Shown here one piece after another: positions 49,423 to 62,200 of a DNA stretch of 64,000 nucleotides. Under the pieces are notes generated by a model. That model was not told where the DNA came from. It did no database searches and worked only from the letters and a program-made list of their open reading frames with translations. The stretch is taken from contig NC_058385.1 of NCBI RefSeq assembly GCF_018350175.1, forward strand, positions 60,574,001-60,638,000, read 5' to 3'. The stretch comes from Felis catus (taxonomy: Eukaryota). The translations under genes and the position numbers were made by a program. The first letter of the stretch is position 1; every line of letters starts with the position of its first letter.

Positions 49423-51232
49423 TAAATGGTATTTTTAAGCAGAGACTAAAGGGAGGCAAAAGTGTAAGTGGAGAGTTCACTTAGAAGTTTATTGCAACAA
49501 TGTCTATAAAAGATGATCATGGCCTGGACCATCACCTTCAGAGGGGAAGGCGGAAAAAGTATCAAGAGTCTCAATATATTTTGAAGGAAGAGTCAATGAT
49601 ATTTGCTGACAGAATGGATGTGGGGCATGAGAGTTAAAGATGACTCCAAGCATTTTGGCCTGAGCAACTGGGGGGATGGAACTGTCATTGGTCAAGATCG
49701 AAGACCCTGAAGGTGGAGCACTTTGGGGAGGAGGGATCAGAAGTGCACTTGTAGGGATGTTCCACTTGAGATGTCTATTAGACATCCAAGGAGAGATGCC
49801 CAGGAGTCTTTTGGACATACAAATCTGGAGCTCATGGACAGGTTGGAGTTGCAAATATAAGTTTAAGTGCTGTCAGTATATTGGCAATACGTAGAGTCAT
49901 AAAATTAAATGAGAGCACCAAGAGTGTGGGTGCAGGGAAGTTAAGAGAGCCACGAGCTAAGCCCGCTAGATGTTGGGGACATGCAGAGGAATCTGCAAAG
50001 GAAACAGGAGGACATCAAACATGATGACATCAAAAGACCTGGAATATGAGTATCCTGGAAGCCAAGTGAAAAAAACAGTTTCAAGGAGAAGGAAGTGATC
50101 ACTGTGTCCAACATTTCTGATGGGTCAAGTGTAGCCGCTGAAAGTTGACCAATGGATTTAGCAATGTGGCAACATTGAGGAAAACAGTTTATTTGACATG
50201 ATGAAGGCTTTTTTCAGAGAAATAACTGTATATTTATATGCTGGGGATGGTAACCTAGGAGAGCAGAGAAATTATTGATATGAGAAAGAGAATTGCAGAA
50301 GCAATATCCTTGAGTAGTTGGAGGAAATAGAATTCAGCACACACATGGAGTGGCTGTCCTTAGATAGGAGCATGGACATTTCCTCTCTGTAGTAACAGGA
50401 GAATGTTAGTAAAGGGAGAATGGATCACAACAGGTGCTGGGAGGCAAGTGAATATGGTCGTGTCTGTGGGAAGTTACCTTTTGCTTCTGTGTTTTCAGTG
50501 ACAAAGCCATCTCCGGTGACATAGAGGTATTAGAGGTTTTAAAAGAAAAGAAAAGGTATAAAATAGTTGTCAGAACAGCAGGATGAATAAATGAAGAAAT
50601 GTGGTATGATTTCTGGGAAGCATTAGATATTCACATAAGGTTCATGGCCACTATGTTCATGTGTGTATTTTCCAGCCACATCAATGCATGGGTAAAGGCA
50701 TAGAATTGGCAGAGTTCTATTTAAGCAAGTTTGGGGTTTTGCCACATCAGTATAAGGAAGAGGGGCAAGAGAATTGAGAGGGAGAGCAATGTAATGGTTG
50801 TAATGACTGTACTGTTTTGGTTGAGAAGGGAGGCATGGCATGTGATTAGAAGGGAGGGTGAGGGAAAAGGTGATAGGATGGATGGGTTGTAGAATGAATT
50901 GGGTGGGGGGGGGGGAGATTAGGAGGGAGGGAAATGGAAAAGGTAGGAGGCTCAATAGGTTGCAGATCCCAGAGAGTTCAAGGGGTGATGGTGTCAGGCT
51001 GTTAGAGGAACCAAGTTCAATAGATGAAGAAAGGGGGTCAGATGGTGGGGTCATTGAAATTGAAATTATGGGTGGGTCGCATGATGTCTAGTATAACCCT
51101 GGGAAGGAGGGGTTAGGGTAGTGGGTTAGGAAAATCAGTGTAGAATGAAATCACTGGAGGGAAGGAGTTCAAGGAATAGAGGAACCAGGATATTGGAAGT
51201 ACCGTTTAGATATTGAAACAAGAGAGGATGGA

Positions 51233-51463
51233 GAGGTGCCTGGGTAGCTCAGTCAGTTAAGTACCTGACCGGCTCAGGTCATTACCTCACCATTCACGAG
51301 TTCAAGTCCCACACTGGGCTCTGTGCTGACAGCTCAGAGCTTGGAGCCTACTTCTAATTCTGTGTCTCCTCTCTCTGCCCCTCCCTCGTTCATGCTCTGT
51401 CTCTTTCTCTCTGAAAAAGAAACATTTTTTTTATTTTAAATAAATAACAAATAAATAAATAAG

Positions 51464-51497
<34 letters not shown>
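51233..51497 (+). mobile_element. Can-SINE with (TAAA)n tail
   Basis: flanked by aaacaagRgaggatg copies at 51216-51230 and 51498-51512. Confidence 0.93.
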
Positions 51498-51498
<1 letters not shown>

Positions 51499-51511
51499 AA
51501 CAAGGGAGGAT

Positions 51512-51710
51512 GGGATGCCTGGTGGCTCAGTCAGTTAAGCATCTGACTTTGTCCCAGGTTGTGATCTTGCAGTTGTGAGTTTGAGCCCCACACCAGGCTG
51601 TTGCCTGTCAGCACAGAGCCCGCTTCAGATCATCCGTCCTCCTCTCTCTCTGTCCCTCCCCTGCTCTATCTCTCCCTCTCAAAAATAAATAAACATTTTT
51701 TTTAAATAAT
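51512..51710 (+). mobile_element. Can-SINE (tandem to the previous one)
   Basis: flanked by acaagggaggatg at 51500-51512 and 51711-51723. Confidence 0.93.
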
Positions 51711-52268
51711 ACAAGGGAGGATGAAGAAAGTAGAACATGACAGTGAGCCAGGGTGAAAGTCTTCAACAGGTGGACAGGAGTGATCTGAGGGGTCTACAGA
51801 AGACTGCAACAAAGAGGGCGGTGGCTGGGGTTGTCTAATGACAAGAGAGTCAAAGCTGCAGGGTTTTAGGCAAGAGGCAGGGAGAATGAATGGCCTGGAA
51901 ATGGAAATGGTGAACTAGGAAGACACCCAAATGCACCCAGTGTGCAAGGGGTGAGGGAGGAGCAGAGCTTCCAGTAGGGGAGGCTGCAGGGAGAGTAGTG
52001 TGTTCCAGGAAGCCCAGATTTAGATTAGTCCAGTGCACACACATGCATGCACACTTGTACATACACCTCACACACACAAATACACACATACAAGGAAACA
52101 TACAGATGGGTGTATCCACATGTGTGGATACTATAGTATGCGAAATATACCTCAATAAATATGTTTTTTTTTTTTTTTAAGGAAACATCTAGAGATCTTT
52201 AAGAACAAGGAAAGCATACCCATTTTAGGAGAGGTCAAAAAAGTCTCCTTAAGAAAGTATCTGATGGA

Positions 52269-52501
52269 GGGGCGCCTGGGTGGCGCAGTCGGTTAAGCGT
52301 CCGACTTCAGCCAGGTCACGATCTCGCGGTCCGTGGGTTCGAGCCCCGCGTCGGGCTCTGGGCTGACAGCTCGGAGCCTGGAGCCTGTTTCTGATTCTGT
52401 GTCTCCCTCTCTCTCTGACCCTCCCCCGTTCATGCTCTGTCTCTCTCTGTCCCAAAAATAAATAAAAACGTTGAAAAAAAAATTAAAAAAAATAAAAAAA
52501 A
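52269..52501 (+). mobile_element. Young felid Can-SINE
   Basis: perfect TSD aagaaagtatctgatggag at 52251-52269 and 52502-52520; TT/AAGA L1-endonuclease-type site. Confidence 0.97.
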
Positions 52502-52900
52502 AAGAAAGTATCTGATGGAGATACCTGAATATGAAGAAAATCTCTTAAATTTTTAGCATGTAATAATGTTACATTTCCCTCCTTTGAATTCACAGTGCTC
52601 TCTCTGAATTTCATTCATGGTCCTTCCATCATACTTTACTCATCTGAGTATTTGTCCTAAATTGTCTACAAGATTGTAAGGCCCCTGAGGGCCTGGAGAA
52701 TGTGTCCCTCAGTTTGATACCTTCCATATGATGTAGCACCATATCTAGCTCACTAGAGACCCAAATAAATACTTCTCTAAATGTGTTGAATTAAAAATAG
52801 ATTAATCAGTTAAAAAAATAAATGTGCTGAATTAATTTAAATATTTATTACTTCAGAGTATCAAGGTAGCACCTACTATATTCATATAAAAAGTAAATCA

Positions 52901-53116
52901 GGGGAGCCTGGGTGGCTCAGTCAGTTAAGTGGCTGACTTTGGTTCAGGTCATGATCTCATGGTTTGTGAGTTCAGGCCCCGCATCAGGCTCTGCACTGAC
53001 AGCCTGGAGGCTGCTTCAGATTCTGTGTCTCCCCTCTCTCTCTGCCCTACCCTCCCTCAAGCTCTCTGTCTCTCAAAAAAAAAAAAAAAAAAAAAACCAA
53101 CTGAATAAACATTTTT
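52901..53116 (+). mobile_element. Can-SINE
   Basis: TSD taaaaagtaaatca at 52887-52900 and 53117-53130. Confidence 0.95.
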
Positions 53117-54489
53117 TAAAAAGTAAATCAAACATAGAGTTTTTTATCAACTATCATTAACCAATAATCATCTCCAAGTCAGAGAGTGAGAAAGAAATGG
53201 TAAAGATAAATATTGAAAATGTGTCCAATAGGCAACTTTTAGAATTACATGGTGAAAAAAAACTAGAATGTAATTGCCAAGAAAGCTATTTAAAGCAGAA
53301 ATATGAGATTAAAAACGCCAAAGGTGTAAACAACTTTAATCTGCTAATTTATTACACATGTCTCTTAGAGCCAAGTTTTATTTTAAGATTAGATCTTGGA
53401 TATTTTCACTGTGTTGCCACAAATGAAACTAACATTTTCTAAACTCAGATGCTATGCATTTTTCATCTTTGAGATGTCACTTCATCTCTTTTCAAACCAA
53501 GTTCATTTGTATAACTTAAGCATTGTATATAGAGAGAGACTCTTTTTTAAGTCTAAAAGGCACTATAACAATGCTTACCAGTGTCTGCATCCCATCAACA
53601 GACTACACTAAGGAACAGGCTGGCTACAGAAGTAAGAGTTACTTTTTTATTATTAGAACGGCAAACACGGCTTTAACTAATAGAGATGATTCAGGGCCAC
53701 TTGCTGAGGAAAATCATCCTTTCATATGTGAAGGTGTGAAAGTGTGTTATGGATCCCATATTACACACTGGACCCAATTACCTGCAACTCTTTCCTCTCT
53801 TCCAACTCACTTTCGACTTGGGGTTCTATACATATCTAATTCTGCCTGCTAACTTAATCCTCTAGCTGTATAAGGGAGCAGCCACAATAAAAAATCAAGG
53901 TCCAATCGGTTATTTAAGAAATGATTCACTACCAAAGGTAGTGGCTTCTGAATACGTCTATGTTCTCAAACTTTCCAGCAAGGCTTTGCTACCTCTATTC
54001 TTAAGAAACACTTCTCCAATTACAGCACCATGAAATGTGACCTTTCTCTCCAGCTGGCACTGAGGGTTAGCCATAATCATTAAAAAGTACAGGTGTGCTG
54101 ACAATTCAAGCCAACTCAACAGTGGCATGGTATGAGACTGGGTGGATGAGAAGGGGAAATTTACAGGAAGGCTTGCACAAAATTGAATCCTTAATATAAT
54201 CTTAATAATGTGAGCTCCTTAAGCCAAATATTTGGCCTCCTCACCTCCCCCATGAAATGTGATTGACTGAGAGCGTATATAAAACTGCAGTTTAGGGATA
54301 TTGTAAGTTTTTAATGCATGAAGTACAAGTATTTGCTGCCGGTATGACTTGTCCAACTTGACTCTGCCTTGTCTCCTTCAGCATTTTGTTGCCAAAGATG
54401 GAGGGGTGGGGGGGCACTGGCCAGTGACTGTTAACCACTGGAGAAGCTACAAATTGTCAAAAAGCACAGAACGAGGACCAGCGATGGGA

Positions 54490-54670
54490 AGCAGAAGGTG
54501 GATTTCTCTTCCTCCTGTGGAAGGACTTCATTAGAGGTGCTAAAAGAACAATAGACATTCTTGGGAAGCTTTCCATCACAGGAGGTGCTCAAGAAGCAAA
54601 GAGTGTTAAGGCATCTTGGGTGGCTTAGCCTAGATGACCTGAAAGACCTCTTCAAGCTCCAAAGTTATAT
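54490..54670 (+). mobile_element. L3/CR1 3' end fragment
   Basis: ccatcacaggaggtgctcaag...cctagatgacctgaaagacctcttcaagctc. Confidence 0.5.
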
Positions 54671-56066
54671 TCCAGATCCCCAGGCAAGACACCATTATGG
54701 TCTGATAGTGTCATCCTTCCTCTCACCCCCGAGCCCTTGTACATCCCATTCCCTCTACCTGGGCACACTTCCACCTCATTAACCATTCAAATATGAGCTT
54801 CGAAATTACTTCCTTCTTCCTTTACTTCTTCCTGGGAAGCCTTTGCTGTCCCAACAAATTTGGTTCAGGATACCCTTCTTCTAGGGCACTCTGGCCTCCC
54901 CTATCATAACACTCATTCCACCTGACTGGAATTCTTGAAGGGTAGGGAATATGTCTTTGTCGCAACTGCATGTCCTTCACCGCACAAGACCTGCAGAAGA
55001 GCCAGTTCTCAATGGATATATGTTAAATGACTAAATTGCTTTGCTACTGAAAACACTGGCGTGTCTTCTCCAGAAATCCATTGTCCCTGGAAATATTTAA
55101 CCAGAGATATTTTACCTTGCTTAGTCATACTATCTCATGGGTCTCAAGTCCTTTTCTTACCCAACAAGTGCCCATAAGAGAACATTGGAACCATTCATGT
55201 GCTGTAGGATATCATATCACAAAGGGGTCTTCAGGTTAAAACAGTTAATTAATACTTCCTAAGGGCTGCACATACTTTAAAAGCCGCTTAAAAAGTGAGA
55301 AAGAAAAACTGTATGGCCACCATCTATATGACTCAAATTCTAATTTTGGGTGGGGTGACATGAGTTCTCATTAAGAATCCTGATGATGCCAGTCCCAGGG
55401 AGAACCTTGCCAGGGTCAGTCCCTATAAACATATTGATGTTCCAATCCTGTTAGAAAACACTCTAAATGGCTGCAATATACAAGACATCTTGCTCAGCTA
55501 CTTCCTGCAACTGCCTACCAGGGCTAATGGGCATGAATCAAAAGCTGTGATGAGTGTGTGGACATTAATCTAAAATGCCTAATTAAAAGATGATAGTCCA
55601 AACCACTTTACCACATGATGTGAAGCCCATCCATTAACCTTACTGATTCAAGAGGGAAAAAACAAATGCAATATTGAATAGCTTAAGTGACTACGTAACA
55701 GTCAAATCTACAATTTCATCACTTCCCATCTACTGTCATTTGTTTCAACTACAACTTTTGCATGACAGTTATGTGAAAACTGCTTCAGTCATTTGAAACC
55801 CAGGAAGTATAGGTTGTTGAGAAGAATCAGACGACCTATGACACTTATCCCCTTCATCATGACCAAAGATGAGAAATGTCCACAGTTAACAATTGAATGG
55901 CCGGCCTCTAGCCATCTCCCCACTTCCTGATGAATCTGAGACCTTGTACTGTCCTCAGTCTTCCTGCTCAACCACAATATTCCCTACCTTTACCCTCTAA
56001 CCTCTTCAACACCCCTCATTAAAAAAGATGCTACCCTCATTCTTACCTGACTGTTGCTTACCTAGA

Positions 56067-56232
56067 CCAACGTTTCTCAAACTTCAATGTACTTGGGAAT
56101 CACCTGGAGATTTTGTAAAATGCAGATTCTAATTTGGTAGGTCTGAGGTGGGCCTGAGATTCTTGTCTTAGTAAGAGCTATCAGAAATTGCTGATGCTGC
56201 TGGTCCATGAACAATGCTCTAGGATAGCCAGG
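56067..56232. mobile_element. MER5A MITE
   Basis: tttctcaaactt...gaatcacctggagattttgtaaaatgcagattct...taggtctgaggtgggcctgaga...tgctgatgctgctggtcc. Confidence 0.85.
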
Positions 56233-56247
56233 ACTACTGCCAAGGAC

Positions 56248-56313
56248 TCAGCATAGGATCTATCAATCTGAGCAGCTTTAGTGAGTCTGCAAATTCCTAA
56301 AATTTTTAGCAAA

Positions 56314-56348
<35 letters not shown>

Positions 56349-56421
56349 AATTTTCTGGGGAGAGGGTCTATAACTCCCATCAGAGTCTAAAAGGACCCTG
56401 TGCAACAGCTAAGAACAATTG
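56248..56421. mobile_element. hAT-Charlie MITE (MER103-like) containing a (TG)n at 56318-56347
   Basis: ttttctggggagagggtctataac...catcagagtctaaaagg...taagaac end. Confidence 0.5.
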
Positions 56422-56920
56422 GCCAAAGCTCCCACTGTTCTATTCCAAGCTATGCAATGTCTCCTTCTATTCTTCCCCAACTGTCACCAGCCGCTCTTGA
56501 AGTGTTTGTCTGGCAAACCCACAGTAGCTGGTTTTCGATGCCCAGATTTACATTACTCAAGGTGCCTGATATGCTGGTCATATTAATTTTAAGGAACACC
56601 ACTAACAATAGAAAAAAGATTTGCGATTAGTGACTCAGATACATGGAGGGTTAAAATTGCATGACGTTAGGCAAAGCAAAGAATTCAGTTTGAATTCTAG
56701 CTCAATATCAACTGGATTCTATGACCTTACACAGATTAGTTAGCTTCTCTAAGCTTTGATGTTCTCTCCCTGTAATAAGATCTACCTATAGGCCTTTTGT
56801 GAAGATAAAATAATAGGGACAAACTTTCTGGCATATAGCACTCACACAATTAATTAGTTACCCATTCCCTTCCTCTTTATCATAAATGAACAGGAAGGAT
56901 AAATTAAGAACTAAATTATT

Positions 56921-57129
56921 GGGGCGCCTGGGTGGCCAGTCAGTTGAGGATCAGACTTCAGCTCAGGTCATGACTTCACCGTTTGTGGATTCAAGCCCCG
57001 TGTTGAGCTCTGTGCTGACAGCTCAGAGCCTGGAGCCTGCTTTGGATTCTGTCTCCCTCTCTCTCTGCCCCTCCCCCCACTCACAGTCTTTCTTTCTCTC
57101 AAAAATAAACATGAAAAAATTAAAAATAA
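56921..57129 (+). mobile_element. Can-SINE
   Basis: TSD aactaaattatt at 56909-56920 and 57130-57141. Confidence 0.95.
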
Positions 57130-57261
57130 AACTAAATTATTAATAAACAATTTAAAACTAAGATCTAATAAGTTAATATCACAATAAAGGAAGTGTTCTT
57201 CTAGACTTGGGTTCTGAGCAATAAGAAAAAGTATCTATTTTTAAAATAAGTTTAGGTAGCA

Positions 57262-57450
57262 GGCACCTGGGTGGCTCAGTCGGTGAAGCATCCAACTCTT
57301 GATTTCGGCTCAGGTCATAATCTCACGGATCCTGAGATCAAGCCCTGAGTGAGATGAATCCCTGCTGGTAGCACAGTGCTCACTTGGGATTCTCTCTCTC
57401 CCTCTCTCCTGCTTTTCTCTCTCTCAAAATAAATAAAACAATTTTTTTAA
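57262..57450 (+). mobile_element. Can-SINE (older subfamily)
   Basis: tttaggtag at 57251-57259 and 57451-57459. Confidence 0.9.
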
Positions 57451-59167
57451 TTTAGGTAGTTTTTCTCTAGGGCCTAAAATAAACTGGAACTGAAACTTTT
57501 GGAGGAATTTTTAAGGGAAAATAAGGAATTCTCACACCACATTTCAACCTTTTTTGGTTTAAGGAAATTGGGTTAGAAAATGCCTGCTAACCGAGAACTC
57601 ATAGCAAATATGTATCCAATTTTAATACAACACTATGAAACTGTTCTGGAAAGTTAAAACTAGTTATTAACAGAGTCTGGGTGGGAAAAATATTCTCTAG
57701 GGGTGAAATGATTTCCCATGTGAAGACTCAGGCTTAGGGACTCTTGATCATAAGCCTTTCCAATATTACATAATAAAAACACCATCAGTTCCTTATCAAA
57801 CAACTACTGGGTCCTCACTGGCACATTTTCATTGAACCTCAATGCAGTTAATCACTGTAAAAATAATGTTCAACATCCCCCATTTCACGCTCAGTGTGAT
57901 GTTACACCTTTACTTGTTTGTCCCAGAAAGTTAAACATTTAAAATATTTAATGGCCCCAACACAAGCTTTTAAGGGCATATTTATTATTCTATCGCATTC
58001 TATTTTTTAAAAACTACTGAAGAATTTGAAAGAAAAGCTATCTCTTCGGACCAATTTGTCAAATAATGGGAGTTCAAAGCTCTAGTTATCTCTTATTCTA
58101 AAATACTCTGTTATCCCTCAAGGACAAATTGTTCCATTTCTGATAAGGTCCTTGTCCAATCCAAATTATAAGCAAAGGAAGTCTTGGGGGAGAAATGTGT
58201 TTACTTATTTTTCCACGTAACATCTTCAAAGAAACTTTAAGGAAGAAAGAACTCCTAAGGATATCTTCCAACAGTAAAAAATTCAGGAAGACATTTTCCT
58301 CATCCTCCTAAAACAATCTTTATCTCCAAGGAAATTGAACCAATACTCAAGATCTTACTTCTCAATGTTTTTCCAAAAGAGTTGTCCTTATTCATCTAAT
58401 ATAAATATCATCTGTGGAGTCATTCTTTATACCCCCAAGATTCACATTAAAGCTAGTTTAAAAATAATTTGCCATTTACATATGTTTTCACTAGATTGAA
58501 AGTCAAAGCTCTTCAACCCTTGCCATTCCGGCAACAAAAGACAGAAGAACCGCATTATCTTAGGGGTTTTATTTAGCAAGATAGAGCGCTGGGCTTCTGA
58601 AAGAGATACGTTTCTCGTGGTGAAGGGTTNNNNNNNNNNNNNNNNNNNNNNNNNNNNNNNNNNNNNNNNNNNNNNNNNNNNNNNNNNNNNNNNNNNNNNN
58701 NNNNNNNNNNNNNNNNNNNNNNNNNNNNNNNNNNNNNNNNNNNNNNNNNNNNNNNNNNNNNNNNNNNNNNNNNNNNNNNNNNNNNNNNNNNNNNNNNNNN
58801 NNNNNNNNNNNNNNNNNNNNNNNNNNNNNNNNNNNNNNNNNNNNNNNNNNNNNNNNNNNNNNNNNNNNNNNNNNNNNNNNNNNNNNNNNNNNNNNNNNNN
58901 NNNNNNNNNNNNNNNNNNNNNNNNNNNNNNNNNNNNNNNNNNNNNNNNNNNNNNNNNNNNNNNNNNNNNNNNNNNNNNNNNNNNNNNNNNNNNNNNNNNN
59001 NNNNNNNNNNNNNNNNNNNNNNNNNNNNNNNNNNNNNNNNNNNNNNNNNNNNNNNNNNNNNNNNNNNNNNNNNNNNNNNNNNNNNNNNNNNNNNNNNNNN
59101 NNNNNNNNNNNNNNNNNNNNNCTGGACTACCCTTTGTGCCTAATTCAGGTTGGGTGTGTGTCCAAAT

Positions 59168-59170
<3 letters not shown>

Positions 59171-59212
<42 letters not shown>
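59171..59212. repeat. (TG)21 microsatellite
   Basis: direct read. Confidence 0.95.
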
Positions 59213-59213
<1 letters not shown>

Positions 59214-62200
59214 TTGTGTGTGACATATTATAGGGTACAGAATCTCAGCCAACTGATCAAGAGGACGTTTCTGTGCCCAAATTTGGATACAATATNNNNN
59301 NNNNNNNNNNNNNNNNNNNNNNNNNNNNNNNNNNNNNNNNNNNNNNNNNNNNNNNNNNNNNNNNNNNNNNNNNNNNNNNNNNNNNNNNNNNNNNNNNNNN
59401 NNNNNNNNNNNNNNNNNNNNNNNNNNNNNNNNNNNNNNNNNNNNNNNNNNNNNNNNNNNNNNNNNNNNNNNNNNNNNNNNNNNNNNNNNNNNNNNNNNNN
59501 NNNNNNNAAAAAAACAAGACTCTTTTATCTTGGGCTTCTTACAAGTGCTTGCACTCTGGTGATTGTTTCTCCTCAACATGTTAGATTGTGTCTTGAAACT
59601 TGACCATCACTGCCTTGGTTAAGTTGTCATTTCAATTTATCATAAGTGAAATGAAGTCTACAAAAGGGTCAGCAGTTGGGACAGTGGAGGAAAACATTAC
59701 ACGAGAGAGGAGGTGATCCCCAGACGTGGTGCAGCCACTGAAAGAGGAGAACCCCAGGCAGTGAGTTCGTGTAGCAACAAAGTCACCCTGATTATTTCCT
59801 GAAGTTTTTTTTTTTTTTTAGTGGATACGGTCTTAGATAAAGTATGTTACTTCTATAATCATAAGGGTACCAAGCTCTTAAGCATATTTTTAGTTGTAAA
59901 ATACTTAAAACAACAATTTGGGAGGAAAAAGGAGAAACCTCTGTCTTTTTATATCATGATCATAAAGCCACCCTGTCAATCTGAGGGAATTCTGACAGAA
60001 GGCTTCCATATTTGGAACACCCCCTAAAACTTGGAAGGAGAAAAAAGGGGGGAGATATTCTTTAAAATTTCTTTTAATAGAATTGGTTAAGACAGTTAAT
60101 GTAGAAAATGTTCTATTAATCATGTATGCTTTTTATAGTATTTTTACATGGGTTTTGAGATGTGGTTTTATATCTTCGACAAATACAAAAATGGAAGGCC
60201 TCCATAAAACATAAGAATAGACAGCTGTGGGCACAGAAAAGTGAATATTCAGTCATTCAAAAAGGCTTTGAAATCACTCTGCTGGAGTCTCGTGTACGAT
60301 AATTAAACTCTGAGCAAATATCTTTCATGGTATCCTGCCCTATGCTGTGGGTGCATAACATTTGCCCTGTGAAAGAAAGAATGTGTTCTCAAGAACCAGC
60401 ATTTTTCAAACGAATTACCTAATGAAGTAGCATTTAACTTATGTCCATGAATGGAAATGATCTAACTTGCACTTGGAATGTCCATTCCATGACCCAGACA
60501 ATGGTCAGATATTCTGGGAAATCTACACCAAAGAATCTCCTTCTGAATCTACTTTGTAGTTTGTGTGGCCAGGAAAGCCACTCCATTTAAAACAGGCAAG
60601 TTGGTACCTCAGCCTCCTCTACGGTGATAAACTAAGCCCATTTTCCTACTCAAAGAAAAAAAAGGATGGGGGGGGCAATATGACTAAACAAGGGAGGAAA
60701 ATATTCCTTTCAGGGACCTGGTGCATGCAGAGAAAATCTAGCCCACTACCTTACAAACTTTTGGCCTCATTGCTCCTCAACATTGCCATGTCAGTTGCTT
60801 ATTCTCATTCTCTCATTTTCCTTCTGTTCGCCTGCCCCTCCCTAACCTCAGTCCTAGCTCAGGTCCTTTCTGCTCCATGAGACCTCTTCCACCGCCAAAG
60901 TCCATCCTGCTGTCTCCCTTCCCTGGACCACGAAGGCTCAGTCTGGCTGACTATACTGTACATACAGATACCTTATCACATGCTGCCTTGTGTCATTCGT
61001 AATAGTTTCATGTCTCTTTTCTGCTTTCTTTACTTGACCATGTGCTCCTGGATGACAAAGTGTTTTTCTAAAACATACTAATAATTGCAGCATTGAGCAT
61101 ATACCACAGGCCAGGCACAACGTTCCCTGAGTTATGTCATTAACTCCAGAATATAGATTCCATGAAAACACACCTGCTTTGCCCACACAGTGCTGGTAAA
61201 ATGAACAGGTTCTACAATTCTCTGAGCTCCAGTACCTAGATCAACACTTACTGCCCAATTTTGAGAATTCAAATGCAATATAGAAAGCCTGAAATCCATA
61301 GACATTTTAGAGGGTCACAGTAAATGGCTGGAAAAATTATTCCAGTGGAATGAAAATATTTTCTCATCTCAAAACTGGCTCACCGGTTTCGTTGGTTCAC
61401 TTTGTGTTACTTAAGTGAACTTTGGTGACACTTCATTATTTCATTGTGATTTTCCATGGCTATGCCCATGAGTTTCAGTCCTTTGTTAGAACTTCCTGAC
61501 AGAACGGCCTAGAATGCAAAGTTTCCCAGTGTCATTTTTGTCTTTTGAAAATACCTGGCTAGATTAAACCATTTAATAAGAGTTATTTTCATTTTTCCAC
61601 ACGTTCAGTAGTTCGGTTACATTGGATAAGAAAAGAATGTTCCCCAAACCATTTCCACAGCTTTGCACCTAACTTCTAGATTCCTACTCCTTTAGTCTTG
61701 AAAGAACCTTTATCCCCCTGTAGCAAGGAAAGAGTAGCCCATTGGAAACTGTCAAGCTGCACCCTGACAGGCAAAATGAAAGGAACACTGAGTCTCAAAG
61801 CCCCTTTGAACTAAAATGGAAGTTAGAGGTCTGGATGATTCAGACTGTAGATCTACATTGGTAAGATTAGCTACGTAAACCCCACCCAGCTCTGTACTTG
61901 ATTTTCAGAATAGTGAAAGCCATGGATGCCAACTGAAATGAGAAATTATAAAGCCAACCTTGGCCNNNNNNNNNNNNNNNNNNNNNNNNNNNNNNNNNNN
62001 NNNNNNNNNNNNNNNNNNNNNNNNNNNNNNNNNNNNNNNNNNNNNNNNNNNNNNNNNNNNNNNNNNNNNNNNNNNNNNNNNNNNNNNNNNNNNNNNNCTA
62101 AGATACAGATGCAAATGTGAATTTGTGGGCAAGAAAATGCAGTTTAACCTGGGCTGATATCTTTGCTCCATAACTTGGATGAGTTTGGAAATAACCCAAG

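Larger units (their letters stand above)
48840..52020 (-). mobile_element. Long L2 LINE remnant including decayed ORF2/RT sequence, interrupted by three Can-SINEs
   Basis: minus-strand ORF 49504-49854 contains LLGISPWMSNRHLKWN...PVAQAKMLGVIFNS, matching L2 RT C-terminal motifs (WMxxxxLKLN, LGVxxD); typical L2 nucleotide blocks throughout. Confidence 0.8.
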
